Assembly: GCF_001949145.1 (NCBI RefSeq)
Contig: NW_019091358.1
Span: 2,242,240 to 2,306,239 of the forward strand
Source: Acanthaster planci
Lineage: Eukaryota
Length of the DNA stretch: 64,000 nucleotides
Direction of reading: 5' to 3'
This document shows, piece by piece, positions 62,701 through 64,000 of the stretch. Both the position numbers and the translations under genes were made by a program. The notes below the pieces were generated by a model. It worked only from the letters and a program-made list of their open reading frames with translations, did not search any database and had not been told where the DNA came from. How positions within the stretch are numbered: position 1 is the stretch's first letter; every line of letters begins with the position of its first letter.

Positions 62701-64000
62701 GAGGGGGGTCTAAATATAATCTGAATTCTCAATTTTGTCCAACCTTATTTCAGTTTATGACTCCTCACCACCCCACCCCCCCCATAAAAGGAGATAAATA
62801 CTAAAATCCAAAATGCTACCGGTTCCAATTCCTAAAAAAGAAAAATATGAAAACCACTACCCCGCTAGCTGCACACTTGGAAGTGCTGGTGCTGTTTTGT
62901 GATCGCTGTGCTGGTTACATTTCCACAGGGAGATACCTGTTTTGGGGTTTTCTTTTTTAAATACTTTTGATGCAATTCCGCCATTTAGAAAAAAGATCTC
63001 AAGTAAATGTATTTGGTTTTGCCCCACGACTTATAATTATACATGCAATGTATGTCCAGTAAACCGTAGGTTTATGCTAAAATGTGGACTTTAATAGAGC
63101 TGTGGCCTATATTAGTGCAAATGCAGATAGAATTACCAAGGACTCTTCTGTGTGTTTGTAGGGAAATTGCTCATCATGTCCAATTTAGAAGGACAGCAAC
63201 AGCTAATTAAGTGTGGGCCGCTCTCAGCTTACCTTTTTGGGAGCTGTGTGTCCTTCTATCGGCCAGCTGACTAAGCTGTTCAGGGAGGTTCAGCAGTTCA
63301 TTAGCGTCATTTTCCCCAACCGTGATGGCGATTAAGAGCAGATGATCACAGGCTATTGGCTGTGCTTCTCCGCCCCCGGTCTCAGCCTTGTGAAGAAACA
63401 GAACAGGCCATGCATTACATCAAGTAATAATTGGACCGCCTTGTTGCACATCCAATGAAAATTTAATGTGGTCTCTCGCTGCCCTCTCAAAGCTTTAGGC
63501 AAAGAGCAAGAAGCAAGGGATATGCTGGAATTGTTGGTGTACACTGCGGTGTGGGAACTCAACCCACCCTTATCGTATACCTGCCGTGTCCTAGTACCCA
63601 CCGATAGTTTAGTTGGACTCTGAACGAGGCCGTCTTTTGACTGTGAAAAGTTGGTTTGTTGACATTGAGTAGGAATACTGGTCGAAGTTTGACTGAAGTT
63701 GCTGGGGATAATGTCAACAATTATCACAGCCAATAAATAAGCGTTTGAGTAAGCATTAGAGTCTGAGTATACTGTTGGTTTAACCATATTTGCCTTCAGT
63801 TTCAAATATTTGAATATATTTGTGATATTCAGTTACAAGGGATAGATTTTGCAGTTAATTAAAATAATTTGGGACTGTGAAAACGATTTTCATTGCTGCA
63901 GTCTATTTTGTAATCATTTTTATGAGCTTACAACATGTTATATTTACTTGTTTTTTTATTAAACATAATGTTAATTACTCAGTATAAGCAATTGCTGAGT

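Noticed and set aside
1..64000. Hammerhead ribozyme cores (CTGANGA...GAAA) checked by eye on both strands
   Set aside because: None of the CTGANGA hits I found had the required stem II plus GAAA and flanking helices; a covariance-model search would be needed to exclude them fully.

Overview
Eukaryotic, AT-rich, repeat-laden genomic DNA from an animal, probably an invertebrate deuterostome such as an echinoderm (inferred from the receptor type and repeat families; not provable here). I can support one intact protein-coding gene: a minus-strand, three-exon rhodopsin-class neuropeptide GPCR of the kisspeptin-receptor type spread over about 35 kb. Its CDS is join(46671..46225, 30000..29865, 12006..11396), 1194 nt, 397 aa. 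The 136-nt middle exon (TM3-DRY-TM4) is not shown in the right frame by the ORF track and was found by reading the sequence. The introns and flanks hold decayed mobile DNA: a BEL/Pao LTR remnant lacking RT/RNase H, an L2-type LINE 3' end, an Academ-like transposase C-terminus, a tRNA-derived SINE, a Helentron/HINE-like element, several MITEs, and mini- and microsatellites. There are no prokaryotic features (operons, CRISPR, rRNA). Most short ORFs in the track are spurious.
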